From assembly GCF_030028105.1 (NCBI RefSeq), contig NC_092379.1, positions 22,297,309 to 22,361,308 on the forward strand: a stretch of DNA of 64,000 bases, written 5' to 3'. The notes beneath the pieces were generated by a model. It saw only the letters and a program-made list of their open reading frames with translations. It did no database searches and was not told where the DNA came from. Shown one piece after another: positions 13,345 through 26,124 of this stretch. A program made the translations under genes and the position numbers. The stretch comes from Mobula birostris. Taxonomy: Eukaryota. Position 1 is the stretch's first letter; every line of letters starts with the position of its first letter.

Positions 13345-14095
13345 TGGAATGCCAGCTGTTTGAAAAGGCTGATTGCAGAATGTCTGAAGAAACAAGTGAT
13401 CAGGAATAACAAATATAGAAATCAATCAGGATGTGGATCTTTTATGTGGCAAGATTGTAGAAGGGATAATGACAGCGACAACAATAAGTATCCCAAGGAA
13501 ATGGAATAGAGCTGAAAAGAAAATGGTGCCGTGGTGGAGAAAAGATTGTGGGGAAACAATTAGGCATCGTAATAGAGCCTTTAGAATGGAAAAGAGGGCA
13601 CGCAATTTTCCAAAAGTAATTGAGAATAAACATATGCAGCAAGAGAAAGAAAAACAATTTGAAAGGTGAAAGAGGAATATTGGAGTACGATTTGTGACTC
13701 CGGAGGAATACAAACACCCATTGACAGTGATTGGAAGATGATAAAAAGAATGAATGGTGTCACCAGGGACATTGGATACCCAGAATTATCTATGGGGAAG
13801 GTTTGATTTTAAGTTATATGAATTGGGAATTTGAGGTTGAATGCTAAATTGGATAAAGGATTTTTAAATTGGCAGACCTATCACGGTACGACCAGGGAAA
13901 TCAGTCAAGTAAGCCAATTATGGAAAAGAGAACCCCCCAGAGAAGTGTTGTTAGTCCATTACTATTTACTATCATAATTAATGGTATATTTTCTAATATA
14001 AATAGTTGTATTGGAATTTCATTGTGTGGACGATGGAGCTATGTGGAAAAGGGGTGGGAATGTGAAATTTATAACACGGAAACTTTAAGAGACAA
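13345..14095 (+). mobile_element. I-group (Nimb-like) LINE fragment
   Basis: PWWRKDCGETIRHRNRAFR and TPQRSVVSPLLFTIIING resemble the PWW and GTPQGS-ISP motifs of I/Nimb ORF2. Confidence 0.55.
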
Positions 14096-14099
14096 AGGT

Positions 14100-16572
14100 T
14101 AACATAGAAACATAGAAAATAGGGTCAGGAGTAGACCATTCGGCCCTAAGAACCTGCACCACCATTCAGTATGATCATGGCTGATCATCCAACTCAGAAC
14201 CCTGTACCAGCCTTCCCTCCATACCCCCTGATCCCTTTAGTCACAAGGGCCATATCTAACTCCCTCTTAAATATAGACAATGAACTGGCCTCAACTGTTT
14301 CCTGTGGCAGAGAATTCCACAGATTCACCACTCTCTGTGTGAGGAAGTTTTTCCTAATCTCTGTCCTAAAAGGCTTCCCCTTTATCCTCAAACTGTGACC
14401 CCTTGTTCTGGACTTCCCCAACATGGGGAACAATCTTCCTGCATCTAGCCTGTCCAATCCCTTTAGGATTTTATACGTTTCAATAAGATCCTCCCTCGAT
14501 CTTCTAAATTCCAACAAATATAAGCCTAGTCGATCCAGTCTTTCATCATATGAAAGTCCTGCCATCCCAGGAATCAATCTGGTGAACCTTCTTTGTACTC
14601 CCTCTATGGCAAGGATGTCTTTCCTCAGATTAGGGGACCAAAACTGCACACAATACTCCAGGTGTGGTCTCACCAAGGCCTTGTACAACTGCAGTAGTAC
14701 CTCCCTGCTCCTGTACTCAAATCCTCTCGCTATAAATGCCAGCATACCATTCACCTTTTTCACCACCTGCTGTACCTGCATGCCCACTTTCAATGACTGG
14801 TGTATAATGACACCCAGGTCTCGTTGCACCTCCCCTTTTCCTAATCGGCCACCATTCAGATAATAACCTGTTTTCCTATTTTTGCCACCAAAGTGGATAA
14901 CTTCACATTTATCCACATTAAATTGCATCTACCATGAATTTGCCCACTCACCCAACCTATCCAAGTCACTCTGCATCCTCTTAGCATCCTCCTCACAGCT
15001 AACACTGCCACCCAGCTTCGTGTCATCCGCAAACTTGGAGATGCTGCATTTAATTCCCTCATCCAAGTCATTAATCTATATTGTAAACAACTGGGGTCCC
15101 AGCACTGAGCCTTGCGGTACCCCACTAGTCACCGCCTGCCATTCTGAAAAGGTCCTGTTTATTCCCACTCTTTGCTTCCTGTCTGCTAACCAATTCTCCA
15201 TCCACATCAATACCTTACCCCCAATACCATGTGCTTTAAGTTTGCACACTAATCTCCTGTGTGGGACCTTGTCAAAAGCCTTTTGAAAATCCAAATATAC
15301 CACATCCACTGGTTCTCCCCTATCCACTCTACTAGTTACATCCTCAAAAAATTCAATGAGATTTGTCAGACATGATTTTCCTTTCATAAATCGAATGCTG
15401 ACTTTGTCCGATGATTTCACCGCTTTCCAAATGTGCTGTTATCACATCTTTGATAACTGACTCCAGCAGTTTCCCCACCACCGACGTTAGGCTAACCGGT
15501 CTATAATTCCCCGGTTTCTCTCTCCCTCCTTTTTCAAAAAGTGGGGTTACATTAGCCACCCTCCAATCCTCAGGAACTAGTCCAGAATCTAACGAGTTTT
15601 GAAAAATTATCACTAATGCAGCCATTATTTCTTGGGCTACTTCCTTAAGCACTCTGGGATGCAGACCATCTGGCCCTGGGGATTTATCTGCCTTCAATTC
15701 CTTCAATTTACCTAACACCACTTCCCTACTAACAAGTATTTCGCTCAGTTCCTCCATCTCACTGGACCCTCTGTCCCCTACTATTTCTGGAAGATTATTT
15801 ATGTCCTCCTTAGTGAAGACAGAACCAAAGTAATTATTCAATTGGTCTGCCATGTCCTTGCTCCCCATAATCAATTCACCTGTTTCTGTCTGTAGGGGAC
15901 CTACATTTGTCTTTACCAGTCTTTTCCTTTTTACATACCTATAAAAGCTTTTACAGTCAGTTTTTATGTTCCCTGCCAGTTTTCTCTCATAATCTTTTTT
16001 CCCCTTCCTAATTAAGCCCTTTGTTCTCCTCTGCTGAACTCTGAATTTCTCCCAGTCCTCAGGTGAGCCACTTTCTCTGGGTAATTTGTGTGCTGCTTCT
16101 TTGGAATTGATACTATCCCTAATTTCTCTTGTCAGCCACGGGTGCACTACCTTCCTTGATTTATTCTTTTGCCAAACTGGGATGAACAATTGTTGTAGTT
16201 CATCCATGCAACCTTTAAATGCTTGCCATTGCATATCCACCGTCAATCCTTCAATCCAAAAGTGTCATTTGCCAGTCTATCTTAGCTAATTCACGTCTCA
16301 TACCTTCAAAGTTACCCCTCTTTAAGTTCAGAACCTTTGTTTCTGAATTAACTATGTCACTCTCCATCTTAATGAAGAATTCCACCATATTATGGTCACT
16401 CTTACCCAAGGGGCCTCTCACGACAAGATCGCTAATTAACCCTTCCTCATTGCTCAATACCCAGTCCAGAATAGCCTGCTCTCTAGTTGGTTCCTCGACA
16501 TGTTGGTTCAAAAAACCATCCCGCATACATTCCAAGAAATCCTCTTCCTCAGCACCTGTACCAATTTTGTTC
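14100..16572 (-). mobile_element. Young 5'-truncated CR1 LINE with largely open ORF2
   Basis: Long ORFs 16246-15353 (297 aa), 15420-15076 and 14928-14194 (244 aa) carry KSPGPDGLHP, NYRPVSLTS, DFQKAFDKVPH and PQGSVLGP; (AACATAGA)n-type tail at 14100-14120. Confidence 0.95.
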
Positions 16573-18109
16573 ATGTGTCTCACCATCAAAAGCAGTGAGT
16601 GTGACCCTGTTCCAGTGAATGACATTGGAGAGACATCTGAATAGAATGGTATGGGAAACATTTAAAACTCTTGACCAGACGCAAATGAATGGATGAACTT
16701 TGTTCGGTCATATAGAATGCATTTCTGACTTTGGTCAAGGGAATTGCTTGGCAGAGTTTATTGAGGGAAATGAAAACAAGAGTGCTGAATATATTCAAGA
16801 GATCAGGCATTTGTGAGAATAAATGCACTGTTATTGTTTCTAATCAAAGACTTTTCCTCAGAACTGTGAAGGAGAAAAAGAAAGCTGTTTAAACTGCAGG
16901 GTTGTTGGAGGTGGTGTGTCTCTGATTGGGTGTAACCAGGGTGACCATAGGGATAGGCTGTAAGCAAGCTCATCTGGCTAGTGAGTGAAATAAAGAGATC
17001 ATAGGCAAAAGCATGTAGAAATAGTGAAAGACAGACCAGGAAGGAATATGGTTGTCAGTTCAAGTTTGATATTTCCTCCTCTCCCAGGCAGATTTTTCCA
17101 CTTCAACTTTTCTGTATTTCCAATGTTTTTGTTTTTAATTTTATATTTCCAGCATCTGATTTTTTTAATTTTCAAAGTTTTTGAGAAAGGTAGGGTAATA
17201 ATGCCTGTATAACTTATTCATGTCGAGTCCTAGTCTCTGAGGAGAGTGAAGTTCACCAGGAGATGGCATATTTTGCTGCCATCCAGTATTTTGTTATAAG
17301 CTATTAATTCTCCACCATATTCAGCTCAAACAAAATCCCATGGCCATTCCTGATGACGGGTCTCAGCCCTAAACACCAAATGTTTATTCCTCTTTATAGA
17401 TGCTGCCTGACTTGTTGAGCTCCTCCAGGAGTTTGTGTGTTACTTAAGATTTCCAAGATCAATGGAAACTCTTGTGTTTATGATTAGAGATATTGGTTTA
17501 TTTTCTGTGTTCACAGATGCTGCCTGCCCCATATTTCCAAGATTTTTGTTCATATTTCAGATTTGCAATATCTGTAGTCTTTCATGCCTCCTTTTTGATT
17601 TCATTTTCTCTATTATAGGTCCAGCCAGAAGACTGAAGCCAATTTGAGCTTTGCGAGCTGCTACGTTGCAATAACAAGGTGCAGTCAATAGGGGGCGGTG
17701 GCACTCTTCTAATTGCAGAGGTGTCAGCCGGCTGCTGCAGTGGCGCCTCACGGCCACTGGGTGTCAGAATAGCAGCCAGACAGCGAGGGTCTGACAGAGG
17801 AAGGCAGCAGTGCACGGGAGGATTGCTCTGTCCCACAGATCCTGATATTGCTGGATCTCTGCAGGTGAACACTGTATTGAAGGTGATGGACAATGGAAAG
17901 ACAGGCATGGATACATCAGTTAGGAGCTTGCTCTCCGTGAAGAGCTTTTCAATAGAGATGTGAAAGGCATTTTATAAACAACCCCATCTTTCTGTATCTT
18001 TTTTCCCAGTGTTTCAAGACCTTTCACTCTCCACACATTGATTGTCTCTCACTCAGTCCTTCCAATTCCAATTTATAAATTTGTGGGTTACTTCGCTGTT
18101 GGTAGAATC

Positions 18110-18690
18110 TCAGTGGCAAAAAGAAGGCTTACAGGAGTAAGAGAGATCAGCTGGTTGTGTGGTGTCGCAACAATAACTTTGTAATCATCATCGGCAAGAA
18201 CAAGGAATTATTGTGGACCAGGAAGCAGATGTCAGGATAACCCACAGGAGGAGTCAGCGGTGGAAAAGGTGAGAAGCTTCACATTCCTCGGTACCAACAG
18301 GTAGATGCAACCACGAAAAAGGAACGAGCGTTCGGAATCGGAGGAGAGTTGGCTTGTCACCAAAGACTCTTACAAATTTCTATCAATATATGCTGGAAAT
18401 CACTCTGAGTGGTTTGCTTCAGAGCCTTCAGCGCACTACACTGAAAGAGGCTGCAGAGGATTGTAGCTTCAGCTAGCTCCATGAGCAGAACTCTTCATAA
18501 CATCAAAGGGATCTTCAAGCAACGAGCCTGAAGATGGTGGCCATTATTAAGGGCTTTCACCATCTGGGACATAACATTTTCTGGTTTCTACCATTAGAGA
18601 GAAGGTACAGGAGCCTGAAGACCCAGACTTTACAATTTAGGAAAAACTTCTTCCTCTCCATCATCAGACTTCTGAATGCTTTATGAACGC
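18110..18690 (+). mobile_element. Rex-Babar 3' fragment, decayed
   Basis: Nucleotide similarity to the C-terminal ORF2 segment of the 6205-9930 element. Confidence 0.65.
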
Positions 18691-18696
18691 TACTTC

Positions 18697-19330
18697 GGTG
18701 GGAGGAGAAGATGGCAGCGCGACGCAGCGCGCTCAGCTCTCTGGTGAAATTATATTGTACCTGTTACATAGGGGCCGTGGACAATTCTGATTTGATGAAG
18801 ACAGACTTATGAAGCAGAGGAACATCTGGAGAAATTTCTGAAATGCCTGGTTCGCTGCTGTTGTTACTGTGTGATCGAGAATCTCCGGAGGGAAGGCCCC
18901 AAAATCCCCGGCTTTGCCTGCTGCTGGCAACCAAGGCTGAGGTCGAAACGTTCGGATAGAGATGGTGCTCGGTACTCGGTGTCAGAGGGCTGATCGGAGC
19001 TCGAAGTTTTAGGACGACTCAGAGTCGGATTGTGGCCGGGCATGGCAGGGAGAGTTTTCTTCCTTCTCCCGTCTGCGTGAGGTGTGGGACTTTTGAGAAA
19101 CTTTGAATTCTTTTACTGTGCCATGGACTGTTCTTCATCAAGTTATGGTATTGTTGCACTGTTGTAACTATATGTTATAATTATGTGGTTTTGTTAGTTT
19201 TTCAGTCTTGGTCTGTCCTGTGTTTTTGTGATATCACACCGGAGGAATATTGTATCATTTCTTGATGCATGCATTACTAAATGACAATAAAAGAGGACTT
19301 CATGTCCTCGTAATCTAATAATCTAATAAT
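18697..19330 (+). mobile_element. Non-autonomous retroelement, copy 1 (AAGATGGC head, TAATC tail)
   Basis: Colinear with 20920-21606; no ORF; ends ATGACAATAAAAGAGGAC..GTCCTCGTAATCTAAT. Confidence 0.7.
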
Positions 19331-19399
19331 ATAATAATCATTATCAATTTTTCTTTTTTTTGCACTAATTACTTTCAAAATGTATCACAAATTGTAGCC

Positions 19400-22225
19400 A
19401 TATGTCAACGATAACCTGAACCAGAGGCTGACCAATATCCCTTTGGGGAGGTTTGCTGGAGCTGTTTGGGAGGGTTTAGACTAATTTGGCAGGGGGGGTG
19501 GGAATCGGACTGATAGTGCTGAGGATGAAGTGGTTGGTTTACAAACAGAGGCAGTGTGTAGTGAGACTGCTGGCAAGGACTGGCTGAAGATGGGGCAAAA
19601 CTGCAGTCGCACTGTGGAAGTCAGGAGCAGTATGCTGGAAGTTCAAGAATGCTGGGGGTAGAAGTATTTGAAGTTGCCATTACTGGGAGAAGGTTCTTGG
19701 GAAACTGAAAGGTCTAAAAGTGGATAAGTCTCCTAGACCGCATGATATGCACTGTATTCTAGCATGGTTCTGGAGGAATGGAAAATTTCAAATGTCACTC
19801 TACTCTTCTAGAAGGGAAAGAGGCAGAAAAAAGGAAATTATAGGGCTGTTAAGCTGTTGGAATTGTTTGAAGAAATAATAAGCAGGATAGACAAAGGAGA
19901 ATCGATTGATGTTATGTACTTGGATTTTCAGGAGGACTTTGACAAGATGCCACACATAGGCTGCTTAACAAACTTCAAGTCCTTGGTATAACAGGAAAGA
20001 TTCTAGCATGGACAAAGCTGTGACTCCTTGGCAGGAGGCAAAGAATGGGAATAAAGGGGGCCTTTTCTGGTTGGCTGCCAGTGACTAGTGGTGTTCCACA
20101 GGGATCTGTGTTGGGACCAATTCTCTTTACGTTATATGTCAATGATTTGGATGATGGAATAGATGGCTTTGTTGCAAAGCTTGCAGACGATATGAAGCTG
20201 GGTGGAGGGGCAGGTAGTTTTGAGGAAGAAGAGAGGCTACAGAAGGGCTTAGAAAGATTAGGAGAATGAGCAGAGAAATGGCAAATGGAATACATTGTCT
20301 GGAAATGTATGGTCATGCACTTTTGTAGAAGAAATAAAGGGTAGACTATTTTCTAAATGGAGAGAAAATACAAAAAGCTGAGGTGCAAAGGGACTTGGGA
20401 GTCCGTGTGCAGGATTCCCGAAAGGTTAATTTGCTGGTTGAGTCTGTGGTGAGGAAGGTAAGTACAATGTTAGCATTCTTTTCAAGAGGACTAAAATATA
20501 AAAGTAAGGATGTAATGTTGAAACTTTCTAAAGCACTTGGAGTTCCCTAAGCAGGTCTGGGCCCCTTATCTTGGAAAGGATAGCTGAAACTGAGGGGTTT
20601 CAAAGGAGGTTCATGAAAATAATTACAGGATTGAATGGTTTGTCATGTGAAGAGCATTTGATGGCTCTGGGCCTGTATTCACTAGGAATCAGAAGAAAGG
20701 TGACCTCATTGAAACCTATCACATGGTGAAAGGCCTTGATAGAGTGGATGTCGAGAGGATGTTTCCTATGGTGGGAGAGTCTAAGGCTAGAGGACATAAC
20801 CTCAAAATATAGGGGCGTCCTTTTAGAATGGAGATGAAGAGGAATTTCTTTAACCAGAGAATGGTGAATCTGAAAAATTCTTTACCTCAGGCAGTTGTGA
20901 GGTCAAGCTTTTATGTATAAAGGAGGAGGAGAAGATGGCGACGTGATGCAGCACGCAGCAGCCACTCCGGTGAATGCTATCTGTAATCTGTCAAGTAGGT
21001 GCCGTGCACAATCCTGATTTGATAGAGACAGACATGAGAGAACGGAGGAACATCTGGAGAAACTTCTGAAATGCCTTTTTCGCTGCCGCTGCTACTGTGT
21101 GATCCAGAATCTCCGGAGGAGAAGGCCCCAAGTCTTCGGCTTTGCTTGTTGCTTGGCGGCCGGGGCGGGTCGAAGCGCTTGGCAGAGGATGGTGCTCGGG
21201 AGGCTGTATCGGAGGGGCTGGTCGGAGGCTCGAAGTTTTTGGACAGGCTCAGAGTCGGCGGTGGTGGGGTGCTTCCAACGCATCGGTAGTTGTCGGCGCC
21301 CGGAAGTTTATGTCAGAGAGAGCTTCTCCCTTCTGCCGCCTGCTATCGGGGACTATGGGGAGTCGATCGGAACTTCGAGACTATTTTTTACTGCGCCCAT
21401 GGTCTGCTCTTTATCAAAATATGGTATTGCCTTGCACTGCTGTAACTATATGTTATAATTATGTGGTCTTGTCAGTGTTAGTCTTTGGTTTGTCCTGTTT
21501 TTTTGTGATATCGCTCTGGAAGAACATTGTATCATTTCTTAATGCATGCACTTCTAAATGACAATAAACGAGGACTGAGTGTCCTCGTAATCTAAATAAT
21601 CTAAAATAAAATATTTAAAGCAGAAGTTGATAGATTGTTGATTGGTCAGGGCGTGAAGGGATACGGGGAGAAGGCAGGAGATTGGAGCTGAGAGGAAAAT
21701 TGGATCAGCCATAATGAAATGGCAGAGAAGACTTGATGGGCCAAATGGCCTAATTCCGCTCCTATAACTTATGGTCTTATATGATGAGAGTTTAATGGCT
21801 CTGGGCCTGTACTCACTGGAATTCAGATGAATGAGGGGTGACCTCAGTGAAATCTATCGAATGCTGAAAGGCCCCGGCAGTGTGGATATGGAAAGGATGT
21901 TTCCTATGGAGAGCCAAAGACCAGAGGACACAGCCTCAGAGTCTGGGGGTATCCTTTTAGAATGGCGATGATGAGGAATTTCTTTAGCCGAGGAGTGGTG
22001 AATCTGTGGAATTCGTTGCCACAGGTAGCTGTGGAGACTAAGTCCTCGGGTATATTTAAGGCAGAGGATGATAGATTCTTGATTAGTCAGTGTGTGAAGG
22101 GATACAGGGAGAAGGCAGGAGACTGGGGCTGAGAGGAAAATTGGATCAGCCATGATGAAATGGTGGAGCAGACTCAATGGGCCGAATGGCCTAATTCTGC
22201 TCCTATATCTTATGGTCTTATGTTC
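19400..22225 (+). mobile_element. CR1 fragments, interrupted at 20920-21606
   Basis: GVPQGSVLGPILF and LADDMKLGG motifs; two CR1 3' UTR ends at about 21780 and 22220. Confidence 0.8.
20920..21606 (+). mobile_element. Non-autonomous retroelement, copy 2, nested in CR1
   Basis: Starts GGAGAAGATGGCG; the host CR1 sequence ..ATGTATA / TTTAAAGCAGAAGTTGATAG.. flanks both sides. Confidence 0.75.
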
Positions 22226-23189
22226 TTATAATAAATCTGATTGCAACACACAGACACGGACGACTTGCCTCCTCTCCCTTCAGTCTCCCTCTCTTCCTGT
22301 CTTCGTCCTTTTTGCCTTTCTGTTCTTCACACTATTAACAATCTCTCCTTCTCTGCCTCTGTTGTTTTGCCCTGTTAATGGGTTGAAGGGCTGTGTCTTC
22401 CCTTTCTCAGTCAAAGCTCAAAGTACATTTATTAATGAAGAATGCATACTATGTACAACCTTAAGATTTGTCTCCTTCCAGGCAGCCTCAAAATAAAGAA
22501 ACCCAATAGAACCCATTAAAAAAGGAGGCTGTCAAACAGATCGTGCAAACAACAAAAGTAAGCAAGTGACACTCAGAACTGAAGTTCACGGGAGTCCACA
22601 GCCACAAAGCCAGTCATCAATGCAACCAATCCGGGAGCTCGTTAGTTGCTGGCCACATTTATGATAAATAAAATGTCATTCTGTTTTATTTGATACTCTT
22701 TGGTAGTTCCTTCCTTCATATCTGATAGGTGTCACCAGTGACTTTGGTCCTTCCTACAGACACTGCCGGCCTTACAATCTTATGGTTTTGTTTTTTGCTG
22801 CACTTCTCATTATTCGGAAAAAAACTTCCCCTGGCTGTCAGTCACTATTCATTAAGGTCAATTGGGCTCGTTTGTCCAAGTCTGGCCTGCAGTGCAAAGT
22901 AATTGGACAATTGCACTCAACAGCAAACAATTGTACTTAAAGAATAGTTTCAATATAGGGAATTATCAGAACCTGCTTCATAGAAGCATAGATCAGATAG
23001 CAGGCTGTCGAAGCAGAAAGATAGCTGGTGTGAGCATTCAAAAGAATGAAGAACATATCAATTATGTCCATAAAATGAATTTTAATTAGAAAGAGGGAGT
23101 AAGACACAGAAACAGAGACTTATTAGTAAAAGGCAATCTCAGGGAAGGTGAGGAAGTTCCTCACACAGGGCTATTAACACCAGGACTGG

Positions 23190-24420
23190 AATAGAGTCAT
23201 AGATAGTCATGGAACACTACAGCACAGAAACAGGCACTTTGACCCTTTCAGTCCATACCAACTACTAAGCTGTCTAGTACCATCGACCTGCACCCGGAAC
23301 ACAGCCCTCCGTACCCCAACCATCATGTACCTATCCAAATCTCACTGAAATATTGAAATTGACCACACATCCTCTACTTACACAGGGAGCTCATCCCACA
23401 CTCTCGCCCCCTCTGTGAAGAAGTTCCTCCTCATGTTCCCCTTAAACATGTTGCTTTTTGCCCTCAGACCATGACCTCTAGTTCTAGTCTAACCCAACCT
23501 CAGTGGAAAAAGCCTGCTTACATTTATACCCCTCATAATTTTGTATGCCTGCATCAAATCTCCTCTCAGTCTTACAGTACATGTTCTAAGGAGTAAAGTC
23601 CTAACCTATTCAACCTTTCCCTATAACTCAGGTGCTCAAGACCTGGCAACATCCTTGTAAATTTTCTCTGTACTCTTTCAAACTTGTATCTTTCCTGTAA
23701 GTAGGTGACCAAAACTACATACAATACTCCAAATTAGGCCTCTCCAATGTCTTACATAACTTCAACATAACATCCCAGCTCCTGTACTCAGTACTTTGTT
23801 GTATGAAAGCCAATGTGCCAAAAGCTTTCTTTCTGACCCTATCTACCTGTCACGCCACTTTCAAGAAATTACAGATCTGTATTCCCACATCCCTCTGTTC
23901 TACCACACTCCTCAGTGCCCCAACTGCTCATCATGTAAAACCTGCCCTAGTTGATCCTCCCAAAGCGCAACACCATCTGCCATTTTTCACCCATTTTTCA
24001 GATGGTCCAGATCCTGCTGCAAGCTTTGATATTCTTCCTTGCTGTAGACTATGCCCCAAATCTTGGTGTCGTTTGCAAACTTGCCAATCCAGCTTACCAC
24101 ATTGGCATCCAGATTGTTAATATGGATGACAAACACCAACAGACCCAGCACTAATCCCTCCACTAGTCCAGGCCTCCAGTCAGGGAGGCAACCATCTACT
24201 ACCACTCTCTGGCTTCTTCCATAACGCCAATGTCTAATCGAATTTACTACCTCATATTGTATGCCAAAGGACTGAACCTTCTTGACCCGAATCCCATAAG
24301 AATCTTGTCAAAGGCCTTTCAAAAGTCCATGTAGGTAACATCCACCACATTACCTTCATCAACTTTCCTAGTAACTTCCTTGAAAAACTCTGTAAGATTG
24401 GTTAGACACAACTTACTATG
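23190..24420 (-). mobile_element. CR1 RT to 3' end, decayed
   Basis: Minus-strand INNLDANVVSWIGKFANDTKIWG; CR1 3' end near 23200-23270. Confidence 0.8.
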
Positions 24421-24424
24421 CACT

Positions 24425-26100
24425 CATTTTCACAATGAATGCCCAATCCCTATGCACTGCTATCCTCATCAGGAGTGTCTTATAACTCTTCACTTCCTTC
24501 TGGACAACTGACCCAACCAGTACGTCTCCACCACCACACTCCTCTGTCTGGCAGAAATGGTACGCACTCTCAACAATTTCTCCTTTCGCTCCGCCCACTT
24601 CCTTCAAACCCAAGCTACACTTGCATGTGTCCCAGCCATGCCTGCCTTTTCATTGACTACATGGAACAGCCAGTTTTCCAATCCTGAACCATCACTCCCT
24701 AACTCTTTCTACACTACAGTGATGATTGCTTCCTGCACCCATGTGAGCTCATCAATTTCATCAACTTTGCCTCCAACTCCCTTTACTTGGTACAGCTCTG
24801 ACGCCTCTCTCCCCTTTCTTGATCTCTCTGTCTCCATTTCTGGAGATAGTCTATCTAATGATTTCTTTTATAAACCAGCTGACTCTCACACCTATCTAGA
24901 CTATGCCTCTTCCCACCCTGTCACGTAAAAATGCCATTCCCTTTCCTCAGTTCCTCTGTCTCCACCGCAACTGCTCTCAGGCTTTTCATTACAGAACAAT
25001 TGAGATGCCCTTTTTCTTCAAAGAAAGTGGTTCCCCTTCCTCTATCAACAATGCTGCCCTCACAAGTATCTCTTCCATTTCGCACCCATCTGCCCTCACC
25101 CCATTCTCCCGCAGCCAAACCTGGGATAGGGTTCCTCTTGTCCTTACCTACCATCCCACAAGCCTCCGCATCCAGCAGCTAATTCTCTGTATCTTCCACC
25201 ATCTCCAAAGGGATCACATCACCAGCACATCTGTCCCTGCCACACCCTCCTCCCCACTTTCCACTTTCCATAGGGGTCAATCCCTATATGATTCCCTCAT
25301 CCCTCCCCACTGATCTCCCTCTTGGCACTTACCCTTGCAAGCAAACAAATGCCACACCTGCCCCTACACCTCCTCCCTCACTAACATTCAGGGCCCCAAA
25401 CAGTCCTTCCAGGTGAGGTGACATTTCACTTGCTGTCAATTACAATATCCGGTGCTCCCGGTGTGGCCTCCTGTATATCGGTAAGGTCTGACGCAGATTG
25501 GGAGACCGCTTCGCTAAGCACCGAAGCTCCAGCCGCCAGAAAAAGCGGGATCTCCCGGTGGCCACACATTTCAATCTACTTCCCATGCCCATTCTGACAT
25601 GTCAGTCCAAGGCCTCCTCTACTACCACGCTGAGACCTCCCTCATGCTGGAGGAGCGACACCTCATATTCCGTCTGGGTAGCCTCTAACCTGATGGCATG
25701 AACATCAATATCTTGAGCTTCTGGTAATTGCCACCGCCTCCTCCGCTGCATCGTCTCTTTCACCATTCCCCATTCTTGTTTCCCTCCCCCTCCTTCTCTT
25801 CTTACCCACTCATCACCTTCCTCTGGTGCTCCCCTCACTTCCATTTCTTCCATGGCCTTCTGTCCTCTCCAGTCAGATTCCCCCTTCTCCAGCCTTTATC
25901 TCTTTCGCCAATCAACTTCACCCTCCCCCCAGCTTCACCTATCACATACTATCTTGTACTTCTTCCTCCCACCTGACTTCTTCCCCCTTCCTTTCCAGTC
26001 CTCAGCCCGAATCCTCAACTATTTACTCTTTTCCATAGATGCTGCCTGGCCTGCTAAGTTCCACCAGCATTTTCTCTGTGTGTAGCTTTTGATTCCCAGC
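24425..26100 (+). mobile_element. Penelope-like element (RT C-terminus plus GIY-YIG endonuclease), decayed
   Basis: FLDLSV..FYKPADSHTYLDYASSHP (PLE RT thumb) followed by C-x2-C-x-LYIG-type GIY-YIG remnants and the shared terminal repeat. Confidence 0.85.
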
Positions 26101-26124
26101 ATCTTCAGATTTTCTCTTGTTTAT

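Noticed and set aside
14423-15286. Long antisense and alternate-frame ORFs over the young CR1
   Set aside because: Shadow ORFs of the LINE coding sequence.
17825-17870. Possible 26-nt micro-exon (CCCACAG|..CAG|GTGAAC)
   Set aside because: Splice-like motifs only; no partner exons identified.
22152-22496. Hydrophobic ORF as an Ig transmembrane exon of an upstream cluster
   Set aside because: Hydrophobicity comes from a pyrimidine-rich tract, it starts in a CR1 tail, and it lacks the conserved antigen-receptor TM motif (T/S-F-x-x-L-F-L-L-S-x-x-Y-S).
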